Origin: Pigmentiphaga sp.
GTDB taxonomy: Bacteria > Pseudomonadota > Gammaproteobacteria > Burkholderiales > Burkholderiaceae_B
Length of the DNA stretch: 64,000 bases
Direction: 5' to 3'
Assembly: GCA_040391825.1 (NCBI GenBank)
Contig: JBEBXA010000002.1
Location: forward strand, 5,097 to 69,096
The notes under the pieces are model-generated. The model was given only the letters and a program-made list of their open reading frames with translations. It searched no databases and had not been told where the DNA came from. Position numbers and translations under genes: made by a program. Shown piece by piece: positions 1-10,848 of the stretch (position 1 is the first letter of the stretch; each line of letters opens with the position of its first letter).

Positions 1-2
1 TC

Positions 3-3000
3 CAAAGAGCCGGAGATCGGCAATTCGATATCGATTTCTCCGCGGCTATTTTTCAGCAGCGACACCGCCAACAACACCGGCAGCTTCAAAGCGTCGGGGC
101 TTTCGACACGCTCGCCAAAAGTCAGCTGATCGAGAAAGACCTTGTTGCTGGCCTGCAGCTTGCCGTCCTCGATCTTGTAGTGCACGTCCATCGAAAGCTT
201 GCCCCGCTCGATGGCATAGCCCGCGTACTTGGCCGCATAGGGCGTCAAGGCCGCCAGTTCGACGCCTTTGGCGCTTGCGCTGATGTCGGTGTAAAGCCGG
301 GGGCCGAATGGATGCAGCTTGCCCGTGATCTCCACCGGCGCATCACCATCCACCTTGCCGGAAACCTGGACATCGGCAGGAGCCGAATCCTTGGATGAAA
401 CTTCGGAGATACTGCCTTCGATATCGGTCAGGTTCGCACGATAGTTAGGCTTGACGAAGTTGTCGGTAAAGTTGATATTGCCACGCGCCAGCTTGACGCT
501 GCCGACACGGATGTCACGCAAAGCACTGTCTGCCGCAGGCTGGGAACTTACCGAGTCCGGATTGGTTTGCTCCGCTGCGCGCTCTGTGCCCACCTGTGGC
601 GGCGCGGCGGCCTTGGTCTTGTCAGAGCTGTCATCCGTAATTGACTTACCCTCGTCACCCTCTTGCACCAACAACTGCTGCAAATTGAAGCGACCTTGCT
701 CGTTCAGGATAATGCGGGCAAAAAAATCTTCCAGCGTAATATCACCGAGATCAGCCTTGAGCGTCTCGCCTGCGCTTTGCACATTCAGTTGCTTGAAACC
801 CAGACGCTTCCATTTGAGAAAATCGGACGAATTGACCTTGTCGATCAGATCCAGGTTCAGGACATCGGCAGCACCGCGCCAGCTGATTTGCTGTGCCTGC
901 TGCCCCGCGGCCGCGATGTACTCAAGTCGGCCATTGGCCCCCAGCACCACGCGCGAGACCTTGGCGTTGAGCTTATCCGCAAGGTATGGCGCCAACGCGG
1001 TCAGGTCCAGCCGTTCCGCCTGAACCTGCGCCTTGACCGCAAGGGGCTCGGGCACCACCGAGCCTTTCACCGCCAGCTTACCGCGGCGTTGAACGGTGGA
1101 CTGCAAAGTGAAGTCAATCGGTGCTCGCATGTCGGTGCTGAGCTTGCGCGCATCCAGCTGTAGCCCATCCAGCCGCAGGGCCACATTGGGTGACACCGCG
1201 TGGTCAGTCAGTTGCAAGCTGGTCTTGTCTACCGACAAGACATCGGCGCTAAGCTTCCAATCGGGCTCGGCCTTCGTTTTACCGCTCGGCTTTGCCGCTG
1301 GCTTGCTCCGCGCATCGGGTTTGGCGGGAGTGAGCAGCGATGCCCAGGCCAAACCGGTAGCACTACGATGTGCTGCCAAGCTCAGGCCACTGGCGGCAAT
1401 ACGATCAATATGCACCGAGCGCTCGCTGGTGTTGCCCACCAAGCCGCCCACGCTCAAATTGGCCACTTGCACGCTGGAGGCCTTGTCCGCGATGGGCGCC
1501 GCGCTAAGCTTGCGCAGGTCAAGCGCACCGTCGCTCCAGCGCAGCAAGGTCGCGGTGTCGTTCTGTTCGACGTGGAGCTTGGCCGACGCACCCAAAGTGC
1601 CGCTATCCACGCGCAAGGCGAGATAGGGTTTCCACAATGGAGCCAAAGCGGGCAAATCCAAGCTTTCAAGCTTGATATCGAGGTCGCTGGCGAAAGGCTG
1701 CAAACGAAGCGGACCACTCACCTCTAGGCGGGCTTGTTGCTCGCCGTTGGCGGAAACCTTCAGCATAGCGGCATCTTGCCCGGCGGCTTTGGGCAACTTG
1801 AGACCGGTCAAGTCTATCGTCAGTTCGCCCAAGGCATAGTCGAACTTGGCCCCCTCATCGTGCCAGGCAAGGCGGCCGCCCTGGACGGCAACGGCATCCA
1901 CCGCAACATTCCACGGCTTCGAAGCCCCCGCTACCGAGGCAGAAGAGGAAGCCGAATCGGGCCCCGCAGGCACTGATTCAGGCTTGGCATTCGGTCCAGA
2001 TGCAATCGGCGTAGCCGCTGGCGCCGGCGTGTTGGCTGCCGGCGCGGACACTTGTGCGGGTTTTTTATCCGGCGTTGAAAACCCTGCGACGATATCGATC
2101 AGATTAAGCCGGCCATCCGCAGTGCGGACGGTGCGTAAGGTGGGCTCCAGCAATGTGATCTGCTTGGCGTGGAAACGTTGCGCAAGCGGTTCCAGCGAGA
2201 AATCGCGGACAGCCAGGCTCTTGAAACTCAGCAGTTCGGCGTCGGCAGTGGCGCGCACTTCGATTTCGCGCAGCGTCGCCTCGCCTTCCAGGCTTACCGT
2301 GGGAATCGCCGTGTCGACCCCTTCCTGGAAAAGCAGACGCATATCGGTATCCAGGCGACCGCGCTTTAGGGACACCGGCCATGTACCGGGCCAGGCATCG
2401 GCCAAGTCGTCCAGACCGAGGTCGCTGATATTCAAATGCATGGACGAAGAACGCGGCGTCTCGAATGGCCGTGCGACACCTTCCAGCACGAAGGGACTGC
2501 CATTGACCAAAGCCGACAAACGCGGCTGAACATCGATGTCGGTGGCGTACGACAGGGTAGACAAGAAAGGCAGGCCGACGTCGAGATCGCGTACGTCATG
2601 CTTGCGCCCAGTCAGCTTGTCGTCGACGGTGATCTCCCCACCTTTGATGCTGACATTGTTCAGCGAGAACCGTGCTGGCCCGCTGCTGGGCGTGGCAGGC
2701 CGCGCCGCCAGGCGATCGATAATATCGTTGATGTTGAAACGTTGGGCACCCTCACGCACCAGTGCCAGTCGTGGCTGACTGATCGTCAGGGCATCCACCA
2801 CGGGAGCGAACCGGAACAAAGAGGAAATCGACGCATTGACTTCCACCTGCTCGACGGAAAAATCGGCACTGCTAGCTGCCGGGTCGAGGATTTCAAGCTT
2901 GTTCACCCTGAGGCGCAGCTTAAATGGATTGAATGAAACCTCGCCCACCCGAGTGGGTCGACCCAGTATTTCAGCAACCGGACCAGAAACCACGTCCCGT

Positions 3001-3134
3001 ACCAGCCAGGGAATGCCCCAGGCCATCAGGCCCAGCAAGAGCGCCCATACCGCCAGCACCACCACTAAAATTCGCAATAGCGGACGTCGCCGCTTTTTTA
3101 GACTTTCGCGCGCTAATGCCAGGGATACGGCCAC
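3..3134 (-). CDS. DUF748 (AsmA-like) domain protein, 3' end runs off the window
   Basis: Not in the ORF track because it is truncated. I translated both ends by hand and they are in the same frame. GTG at 3134 follows GGAG and reads MAVSLALARESLKKRRRPLLRILVVVLAVWALLLGLMAWGIPW...GEVSFNPFKLRL (N-terminal TM). The window edge reads ...EIDIELPISGSL, typical of the DUF748 C-terminal region. Confidence 0.85.
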   Translation of the reverse strand, partial: MAVSLALARESLKKRRRPLLRILVVVLAVWALLLGLMAWGIPWLVRDVVSGPVAEILGRPTRVGEVSFNPFKLRLRVNKLEILDPAASSADFSVEQVEVNASISSLFRFAPVVDALTISQPRLALVREGAQRFNINDIIDRLAARPATPSSGPARFSLNNVSIKGGEITVDDKLTGRKHDVRDLDVGLPFLSTLSYATDIDVQPRLSALVNGSPFVLEGVARPFETPRSSSMHLNISDLGLDDLADAWPGTWPVSLKRGRLDTDMRLLFQEGVDTAIPTVSLEGEATLREIEVRATADAELLSFKSLAVRDFSLEPLAQRFHAKQITLLEPTLRTVRTADGRLNLIDIVAGFSTPDKKPAQVSAPAANTPAPAATPIASGPNAKPESVPAGPDSASSSASVAGASKPWNVAVDAVAVQGGRLAWHDEGAKFDYALGELTIDLTGLKLPKAAGQDAAMLKVSANGEQQARLEVSGPLRLQPFASDLDIKLESLDLPALAPLWKPYLALRVDSGTLGASAKLHVEQNDTATLLRWSDGALDLRKLSAAPIADKASSVQVANLSVGGLVGNTSERSVHIDRIAASGLSLAAHRSATGLAWASLLTPAKPDARSKPAAKPSGKTKAEPDWKLSADVLSVDKTSLQLTDHAVSPNVALRLDGLQLDARKLSTDMRAPIDFTLQSTVQRRGKLAVKGSVVPEPLAVKAQVQAERLDLTALAPYLADKLNAKVSRVVLGANGRLEYIAAAGQQAQQISWRGAADVLNLDLIDKVNSSDFLKWKRLGFKQLNVQSAGETLKADLGDITLEDFFARIILNEQGRFNLQQLLVQEGDEGKSITDDSSDKTKAAAPPQVGTERAAEQTNPDSVSSQPAADSALRDIRVGSVKLARGNINFTDNFVKPNYRANLTDIEGSISEVSSKDSAPADVQVSGKVDGDAPVEITGKLHPFGPRLYTDISASAKGVELAALTPYAAKYAGYAIERGKLSMDVHYKIEDGKLQASNKVFLDQLTFGERVESPDALKLPVLLAVSLLKNSRGEIDIELPISGSL

Positions 3135-3147
3135 GATACGACTCCGG

Positions 3148-3489
3148 TCAGTTACCGCTGCTAGCCGTCATGAAAAGCTTGGTAGACCGGGCGCCACTAC
3201 GACAAAACGCCAGGATCGGGCCGGGCAGGGTCTGCAGCAGCGAGGAAAAGGTGGCGACGTCAGTGGGCTGGATATTGGCGCCATTGACGGGTTGATGCAC
3301 ATAGGTCAAACCGGCTGCGCTGGCCGCCTGGCTCATCTGTTCGCTGGATGGCTGCGCCGGTCCACCCTCGAAATCAGGGCGGTTATTGATGACGCTTTTG
3401 AAGCCGGCAGCCGCCACGGCTGACATGTCTTCAGGGGCAAGCTGCGGCGCCACCCCAAAATTGTCGGTGATCTTGGTAAATGCAGACAT
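3148..3489 (-). CDS. TIGR01244/DUF442 family sulfurtransferase (phosphatase-like fold)
   Basis: VINNRPDFEGG motif and C-x5-R loop (FCRSGARS); 113 aa. Confidence 0.85.
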   Translation of the reverse strand: MSAFTKITDNFGVAPQLAPEDMSAVAAAGFKSVINNRPDFEGGPAQPSSEQMSQAASAAGLTYVHQPVNGANIQPTDVATFSSLLQTLPGPILAFCRSGARSTKLFMTASSGN

Positions 3490-3583
3490 GCTGTTCTCCG
3501 TCAGGAATTCCGTTTAGTGGCAATCCTAACTCGGAGCAGCTTGCCGAACAAACGCTCAGCTACAAAACTGAACGCTTGCTAAC

Positions 3584-3909
3584 AATATGCCCCCACGCTT
3601 GGCACTACGTGCCGGCGCTGCCCCCCGAGGGGGTGCTTTTTGCCTTGGGACGGCCCAGCGGCAAAAATGGCCCCCACGCTTGGCACTACGTGCCGGCGCT
3701 GCCCCCCGAGGGGGTGCTTTTTGCCTTGGGACGGCCCAGCGGCAAAAATGGCCCCCACGCTTGGCACTACGTGCCGGCGCTGCCCCCCGAGGGGGTGCTT
3801 TTTGCCTTGGGACGGCCCAGCGGCAAAAAATATGCCCCCACGCTTGGCACTGCGTGCCGGCGCTACCCCCGAGAGGGTGCTTCTTGCCTGAGGGTACCCT
3901 CAGGCAAGA
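3584..3909. repeat. Tandem array of an 81-bp hairpin-rich REP/BIME-like unit: three near-identical copies plus a fourth variant ending in a perfect 28-bp palindrome
   Basis: CCCCCACGCTTGGCACT starts at 3590, 3671, 3752 and 3835 (periods 81, 81, 83). Palindrome TCTTGCCTGAGGGTACCCTCAGGCAAGA lies at 3882-3909. There are no unique spacers. Confidence 0.95.
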
Positions 3910-3922
3910 CACTTGCCACTGC

Positions 3923-4792
3923 TTACGAGCCAGCGCGACCCTGGATTTCCAGCTCTACCCGGCGATTGGGTGCGAGGCAGGCGATCAGGTCAGAACGTGC
4001 ACGCTGGTTGCATTGCACCACCGGCTCGCGCGAGCCGCGGCCTTCGGAACTCACCAGTTTGGTGGCTACGCCCGAATTGACCAGGTATTGCACGATAGTG
4101 GCGGCCCGTTGCTCGGACAAACGCAGGTTATATGCCGCGCTGCCCAACCTGTCGGCGTGGCCCACCACGTGCACGTGCTCGATATTCAGAGAACGTAATT
4201 CGGCGCTGATTTCATTCAAACGGCGACGGCCGGCCGGAGAAATGCTGTTCAGGTCAGCCTTGTCGAAGGCAAACAGGGTGTCGGCTTCAAGCGTGACTTT
4301 GCGCGGTGCCGGTTTGGGAGCCGGAACGGGGACGACCACCGGGGCCGGGGCCGCCACCACTGGGCGTGGATAGACGAAATCGGCGCATTCCCGACGATTC
4401 CAGTTGCCGGCTTCGGTCAGCATGTCCTTGTTGAAGATCAGCTGATACTGGCAAGTCATGAACTCATTGCCCTTGCCAGTCCGGAAGTTGAAAATGTAAT
4501 CCCAGGTATGGACACCAAATACGCCTTCATTGAAATGCGGGTGGCCAATCAAGTCATACACCTGCGCTTTGCTCAAGCCTGGAATCATTTGACGCAAATT
4601 ATCCAGGTTGACGAAAGTACCCTCCTTGAACGAGGCCGATTCACGGTCGGGGAATGTCACGCTGCTGGCAGACGTGTTCTTGACTACAGGGGCCTTGTCA
4701 GACGAGCCCCCGAACATCGAGCATCCACCCAAGGCCAGCAGCGCGCCGAACAGGGCCGTCAGTGCGACCGTACGTTTGTTTTTCTTGAACAT
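3923..4792 (-). CDS. Lipoprotein with N-terminal SmpA/BamE-like and C-terminal OmpA-like peptidoglycan-binding domains (TpgA-like autotransporter partner)
   Basis: Start moved to ATG 4792 (GGAG RBS). Lipobox LGGC; BamE-like GLSKAQVYDLIGHPHF..WDYIF; PA-rich linker; OmpA motifs GHADRLGSAAYNLRLSEQRA and NRRVEL. Confidence 0.88.
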   Translation of the reverse strand: MFKKNKRTVALTALFGALLALGGCSMFGGSSDKAPVVKNTSASSVTFPDRESASFKEGTFVNLDNLRQMIPGLSKAQVYDLIGHPHFNEGVFGVHTWDYIFNFRTGKGNEFMTCQYQLIFNKDMLTEAGNWNRRECADFVYPRPVVAAPAPVVVPVPAPKPAPRKVTLEADTLFAFDKADLNSISPAGRRRLNEISAELRSLNIEHVHVVGHADRLGSAAYNLRLSEQRAATIVQYLVNSGVATKLVSSEGRGSREPVVQCNQRARSDLIACLAPNRRVELEIQGRAGS

Positions 4793-4821
4793 CCTGATCT
4801 CCGATGAGTCGACTGAGCGCA

Positions 4822-7800
4822 TTACCATTGGTAGCCTGCGCCGATGACGGCGCCCAGCTTGCCCTGTGAGTTGACGTTGCCGGCAAACTTGTAGACCCAG
4901 CGGCCGTTTTCAGACACCGTCGATACCCCCAGCGCTATTGCTGACTGGCCCAAGTAATGGCTGGCTGCAGCCGATGCCATGCTGCGTCCCGGCGTATAAG
5001 CCTGGGGCAGGCCTGCAACCGCCATGGCCGATGCTGCGCCAGCGTAGGCATTGCGTTCGACATTGCGCAGTTCGTTACGGACGTTGCTCACGTCGCCCGT
5101 GATGGCATTAAGCTGACGCACGTTGACCGCATCGGTTCCTTCCCGGCCATCAGCCACGTTGGTGATCTGCCGCTCTTGCCCGGCCGCGCCCACCGACACC
5201 GTACCTGCGCGATCAGCCAAAGAGCCCTGCCCCAAGGCAACGCTGTTGCTGGCCACTGCGTTGGCGCCGCTGCCCAAGGCCATGCTGTGGGTGCCGGAGA
5301 CGTTAGCGCCATTACCCAACGCCACCCCTTCGGAACCACTGACCACGGAGCCATTGCCCAGGGCCACGCCATTGGCGCCACCGATCTCTACACGTGAGTT
5401 GTTGCCCATGGCAACGCCACCCGCCGCGATTGCTTGCGTACCCTGACCCACCGCGATCGAGTTGGCGCCGGAAGCCACCGACGAGTTACCCAGTGCGGTC
5501 GCTTTTTCACCACTTGCCGTTGCCGCATTGCCTACCGCGGTCGCGCTCGCGCCTGAAGCAACCGCGCCAGCACCACCGGCAGCGGAATCGGTGCCCGTCG
5601 CTTTGGGTTTATCGCGGCCGGCCACGTTCTCAACCTGGAACATGCCATCCTTGCCCTCTTGGATATTGGTGACGTCGCCCTCGATCTTGGTCACATCATT
5701 GCGGATGTTGGTCACCTCTCCCGAAACTGCCTTCAACTGCCGGACATTGGCGGCATCCGTGTCTTCGACGCCGTCGGCCACATTGGTGATCTGGCGCTCA
5801 TTACCCGCCGAGCCCACGGATACCGTATTGGCGCGGTCCGCTACCGAGTCCGCACCCAGCGCAACGCTGTTATCGGCCGTAGCCTGCGAGCCCGCCCCGA
5901 CTGCCGTTGACTTTGCACCGCTGGCGGTCGACCCCGACCCCATCGCGGTAGCGTTCGAGCCTGTCGCGGCAGCGCCCGCGCCTACGGCAGACGCGCCCGT
6001 GCCGGATGCTGCAGCGGCACCGCCCAGTGCAACGCTGTTATCCGCTGACGTGACAGCGCCATTACCGGCCGCCACGCTGTTGGCGCCGCCCGATACGGCT
6101 TGCGGGCCGATAGCCACGCTTTCAGCACCGGTAGCTTGGGAATCCGCCGCGGTGGAATTGGCGTGGAAGTATTTCACCCCGTTGTCGCTGACATTCTGAA
6201 TGCGCTTGTACAGGCTGATGTTACTCATGACATTGGTTTCGTCCTGAGTCCAACCCCACAATTGCCCGCCATTGATCGCGTCAGTGCTGCTGGACGTAAT
6301 AGCTCCTGCCGCCAGATTGGTGATACGAGTCGACGTTCCTCCGGAATTCAGAGTAATCAAATTCTTGCTGGCGTCGTCGTACTTCACCGCCAGCTTGTCG
6401 ATTTCGCCGACTTGGGTATTGACCGCCTTCAATTGCGCGATATTGGCGGCGTCCGTGTCGGCGCTACCTGCCGCCACGTTGGTCAGCTTGCGCTCGGCGC
6501 CGGCGCTGCCTACCGATACTTCGCCTACCGAGGTTTGCGGCGCGGTCAAGGCGTAGGCGACGTAGTCGGTCTGCGCGCCTACCGCCGTAGCAGACGCCGC
6601 ACCCAGTGCGATGCTGTTTTCATGTGCGGCATTGGCGGCACGGCCGATCGCCACGGCGTCCGTAGCGGAAGACTTGGCGTCGCCACCAGCCGCAATGCTC
6701 TCAGTACCGGTGGCCGAGGATTGCGCCAGGGTCGAGTTCGCGCGGAAATACTTGGTGCCGTTAATGTCGATATCAGTAATACGGCTGCTGATTGTCGTAA
6801 CGTTCTGGTTGGTCTCGAACAGTTGCGAACCATTGACCGCATCGGTGCTGGTATCGCTGATGTCGCCTGCCTTCACATTGGTGATACGCGTACCGCCGGC
6901 CCCAGCCAAGGTCACCCTGGTCTTGCTGGCGTCATCGTATTTGACGGAGTTGGTATCGACCGTGCCGATATCCGCTTCCAGAGCCCGCAACTGACGCAAG
7001 TTGACTGCATCGGTATCCATCGTACCGCCGGCCACATTAGTGATCTGGCGTTCTTTGCCTGGCGCGCCTACCGAGACCGCACCCATGGTCGGCAAGGCTA
7101 CCTTGCTGTACGCCTCGACACCACTGGCCACGCGATCAGCCACCGATTGAAAGCCCAGCGCCACGCCGCCGGCGGCAGTGGACGAAGCCCCGGCGCCCAG
7201 GATGGTTTGCCCGTTGGCATTGCCGAAAGCGCTGTCCCCGATCACCACCGAATGGCCCTTGCGAGCGGCATAGTTGGCATCCGGTACACCCAGCTTATTG
7301 GGATCGGTAAAGATATCGCCCGCATTTTCGTTCGGCAGGATGTGCTGGGCGCCAGTGCCTATCACCACTTCTTGCGAACCGTTGGCGGATGCGCCATCGC
7401 CGATCAATACTTGATTATTCTGAGCAGCAGGGATGTCCCAGCAGGTCGCGCCTGCCAGACCCAGCACGTTCAAGCAGTTGTTCTTGTCTACCCACGACGG
7501 GGCATCACCGGGAAGAAGCAGGCCATTGTTATAGGTCAGGCCCGTGTTCATATTGGTGATGTAGTTACCCGAGGTCACGCCACCCAGCAGAGTCAAACGC
7601 TGCTCTGGCAAAGGACCACCCAGCACGCCTCCCAAGGTCCCGGTAACAGGCGCCAGGTCCAAAATGGGAACACCCAAAACGTTCACGACGCTGAAGCGTG
7701 CATTGATGTTTTCGCGATTGACGCTCAAGGCACCCGAACGCAACCATGCCTGCTCCTGGCCGAATACGCTCATGGTCAGGGGAGCCAGGCCTTGGCCTAC

Positions 7801-8376
7801 CCCCCCAAGCACGCCTGCCGTACCGATAACCAGGCCTGACGGAGGCGCCGGGTTCAAAGGAGGAGGAACCGAGCCGGACACTGCCGCCATCGGAGCGGGG
7901 GCCGCGGCAGGAGCCAAGACCGGTCCCAGCACGGGCAGCGAAGCCAGTGGAGCCAAGGTGGGCGTATTCGCCGTTGAAGTCAGGGGGACTACCGCCAAGG
8001 TGTTGGCCAAAGCCTTAGGCGCCTCGGTCAAGGGCTGGGGCGTAGTTGCGGGCTCAAGCACGGGCACCACGAGGTCAGTCAGACCCGCCATCGCTGCCGC
8101 GGTTTGCGATACCTGATTAAGCACAGGCGCAGCGCTCACCGCATTATTGGCGGCAGGCTGCAAAAGCTGGCTCATGATCCCGGCTGCCGGCGCGTCTGGT
8201 ATGCCATGCATGTCGGCAGCACTCGCTGGCGCCGCGACAAATGCGGCAACAAATACGGCGGCGGCAACCGTCCCGGTGCGGGCGCTGCCGCTTTTTCCTT
8301 TCACACGTGCCGTTTCAGCAACGGCAACCCAGCAATGAAGTGCGTCATTCCAGACGGTACGATAGATCTTGTTCAA
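4822..8376 (-). CDS. YadA-family trimeric autotransporter adhesin with extended signal peptide (ESPR)
   Basis: Likely TTG start at 8376 (MNKIYRTVWN...WVAVAE, ESPR motif). YadA head repeats (A-x-G-x-x-A), necks (RQITNVADG..TDAVNVRQL), anchor AGAASAMAVAGLPQ...GAGYQW with a terminal aromatic residue. Confidence 0.95.
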   Translation of the reverse strand: MNKIYRTVWNDALHCWVAVAETARVKGKSGSARTGTVAAAVFVAAFVAAPASAADMHGIPDAPAAGIMSQLLQPAANNAVSAAPVLNQVSQTAAAMAGLTDLVVPVLEPATTPQPLTEAPKALANTLAVVPLTSTANTPTLAPLASLPVLGPVLAPAAAPAPMAAVSGSVPPPLNPAPPSGLVIGTAGVLGGVGQGLAPLTMSVFGQEQAWLRSGALSVNRENINARFSVVNVLGVPILDLAPVTGTLGGVLGGPLPEQRLTLLGGVTSGNYITNMNTGLTYNNGLLLPGDAPSWVDKNNCLNVLGLAGATCWDIPAAQNNQVLIGDGASANGSQEVVIGTGAQHILPNENAGDIFTDPNKLGVPDANYAARKGHSVVIGDSAFGNANGQTILGAGASSTAAGGVALGFQSVADRVASGVEAYSKVALPTMGAVSVGAPGKERQITNVAGGTMDTDAVNLRQLRALEADIGTVDTNSVKYDDASKTRVTLAGAGGTRITNVKAGDISDTSTDAVNGSQLFETNQNVTTISSRITDIDINGTKYFRANSTLAQSSATGTESIAAGGDAKSSATDAVAIGRAANAAHENSIALGAASATAVGAQTDYVAYALTAPQTSVGEVSVGSAGAERKLTNVAAGSADTDAANIAQLKAVNTQVGEIDKLAVKYDDASKNLITLNSGGTSTRITNLAAGAITSSSTDAINGGQLWGWTQDETNVMSNISLYKRIQNVSDNGVKYFHANSTAADSQATGAESVAIGPQAVSGGANSVAAGNGAVTSADNSVALGGAAAASGTGASAVGAGAAATGSNATAMGSGSTASGAKSTAVGAGSQATADNSVALGADSVADRANTVSVGSAGNERQITNVADGVEDTDAANVRQLKAVSGEVTNIRNDVTKIEGDVTNIQEGKDGMFQVENVAGRDKPKATGTDSAAGGAGAVASGASATAVGNAATASGEKATALGNSSVASGANSIAVGQGTQAIAAGGVAMGNNSRVEIGGANGVALGNGSVVSGSEGVALGNGANVSGTHSMALGSGANAVASNSVALGQGSLADRAGTVSVGAAGQERQITNVADGREGTDAVNVRQLNAITGDVSNVRNELRNVERNAYAGAASAMAVAGLPQAYTPGRSMASAAASHYLGQSAIALGVSTVSENGRWVYKFAGNVNSQGKLGAVIGAGYQW

Positions 8377-8875
8377 TTTGAGCCCCCAGCGAAAGCAACC
8401 CTGACCAAGCCAACCACCCATGGCGGCCTGCGATGAAATCTTTATTCACGAAGGGTTACGCAAAATGTGTGCCATACGATGACGGCCACAGCATTTCTCT
8501 AGCCAGGAGGAACTGAAACGCAGCCTCAAACCAGGAAAAATCATTGAAAACAAAGGGGATATCGCCAGTTCGCTTATTCTTTGGCGCTGCGATAGTCGCG
8601 CTTTTTCTGACTCAAATACCAAGGGCGATCACTCGAAAACCCTGAAACGTTACGGCTAGGGCGAAACACTGTTACGTAACATTGCCGAGATGGTCCCAGC
8701 CAGAAAAATGGCGAATTCAAGCCCGGAACGAGAAAAGCGGCCTCAAGATTGCCCGTATTCGTTATGATCGCCCGGCCGCACGTAGCGCCTGGCCGTACAG
8801 GGCCGCAGATTGCGCCACAATGGCGCCTATCCAGCTTCGCGCCCTACTCTTACTACTATATGGAATGGAGTCGTT

Positions 8876-9502
8876 ATGAACCACCCGCAGGTCGACCGCC
8901 CCCGTCAACGTCTTATCGTCGCCATTACAGGCGCGAGTGGTTCGATCTATGGCCTGCGCCTGCTGGAAGTGTTGCGCGAGCTTCCCGACTGGGAAAGCCA
9001 CTTGGTCGTCTCCGATGCGGGGGTACTTAACACCATGCATGAACACGGCCTTGGCCGCAAAGATCTGAACGAGCTGGCCGACGTGGTCTATAACCCACGC
9101 GATGTGGGCGCTGCTATCGCCAGCGGCTCTTTCCTTACCGCAGGCATGGTCATCGCCCCAACGTCGATGAAAACACTGGCGGCCGTCTCGCACGCCTATG
9201 CGGATAATTTGATCACACGCGCCGCCGACGTTATCTTGAAAGAGCGCCGCCGCCTGGTCTTACTGACCCGCGAAGCGCCGCTGAACCTCGCGCATCTGCG
9301 CAATATGACAGCGGTAACCGAGATGGGAGGCATCATCTTTCCGCCTGTGCCCGCCTTCTACGCCGGAATCAAAAGCGTGGACGATCTCGTTAATCACACT
9401 GTTCTACGTACGCTGGACCTGTTCGGCATCCACTCGCAACGCCTGGGTCGATGGACCGGTTTGAAACACGGCAGCGTCATCGCCGACGAACAACAGAACT
9501 AA
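8876..9502 (+). CDS. ubiX: Flavin prenyltransferase UbiX
   Basis: LIVAITGASG, IASGSF, APTSMKTL, LKERRRLVLLTREAP, PPVPAFY motifs. Start set at ATG 8876 after GGAG. Confidence 0.93.
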   Translation: MNHPQVDRPRQRLIVAITGASGSIYGLRLLEVLRELPDWESHLVVSDAGVLNTMHEHGLGRKDLNELADVVYNPRDVGAAIASGSFLTAGMVIAPTSMKTLAAVSHAYADNLITRAADVILKERRRLVLLTREAPLNLAHLRNMTAVTEMGGIIFPPVPAFYAGIKSVDDLVNHTVLRTLDLFGIHSQRLGRWTGLKHGSVIADEQQN

Positions 9503-9516
9503 AACGCGCATGCCGC

Positions 9517-9540
9517 ACCCCCGGGGTTTTGCCGGGGGTT
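9517..9540. terminator. Hairpin between convergent ubiX and pobA
   Basis: ACCCCCGG-N7-CCGGGGGT inverted repeat. Confidence 0.5.
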
Positions 9541-9544
9541 ATCC

Positions 9545-10738
<1,194 letters not shown>

Positions 10739-10848
10739 TTAGTGCTTTTTCGATACTTTGATCTTACGAGCGCCTAATCATCAAGTGAATAGATTTTGAA
10801 GACATTCGCAGGGATAATCCGAACATTCACTCCGAGCAAATCTTGACT

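Noticed and set aside
180-3423. Plus-strand ORFs in the first 3.4 kb of the ORF track
   Set aside because: All are shadows of the minus-strand DUF748 gene (absent from the track because it is truncated) and of the TIGR01244 gene.
3584-3909. CRISPR array
   Set aside because: The units are contiguous and near-identical with no unique spacers; the 81-bp period is all repeat; there are no cas genes in the window.
3480-4373. Several ORFs with 27-aa repeats (3480..4373 +, 3556..3912 -, 3587..4198 +, 3640..3891 +)
   Set aside because: The repeat length is a multiple of 3 and GC-rich, so many frames stay open. They overlap the real lipoprotein gene antisense and have no RBS or domain signal.
6100-7839. 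579-aa plus-strand ORF and other long ORFs inside the adhesin
   Set aside because: Antisense shadows of a GC-rich, repetitive gene with no recognisable motifs.
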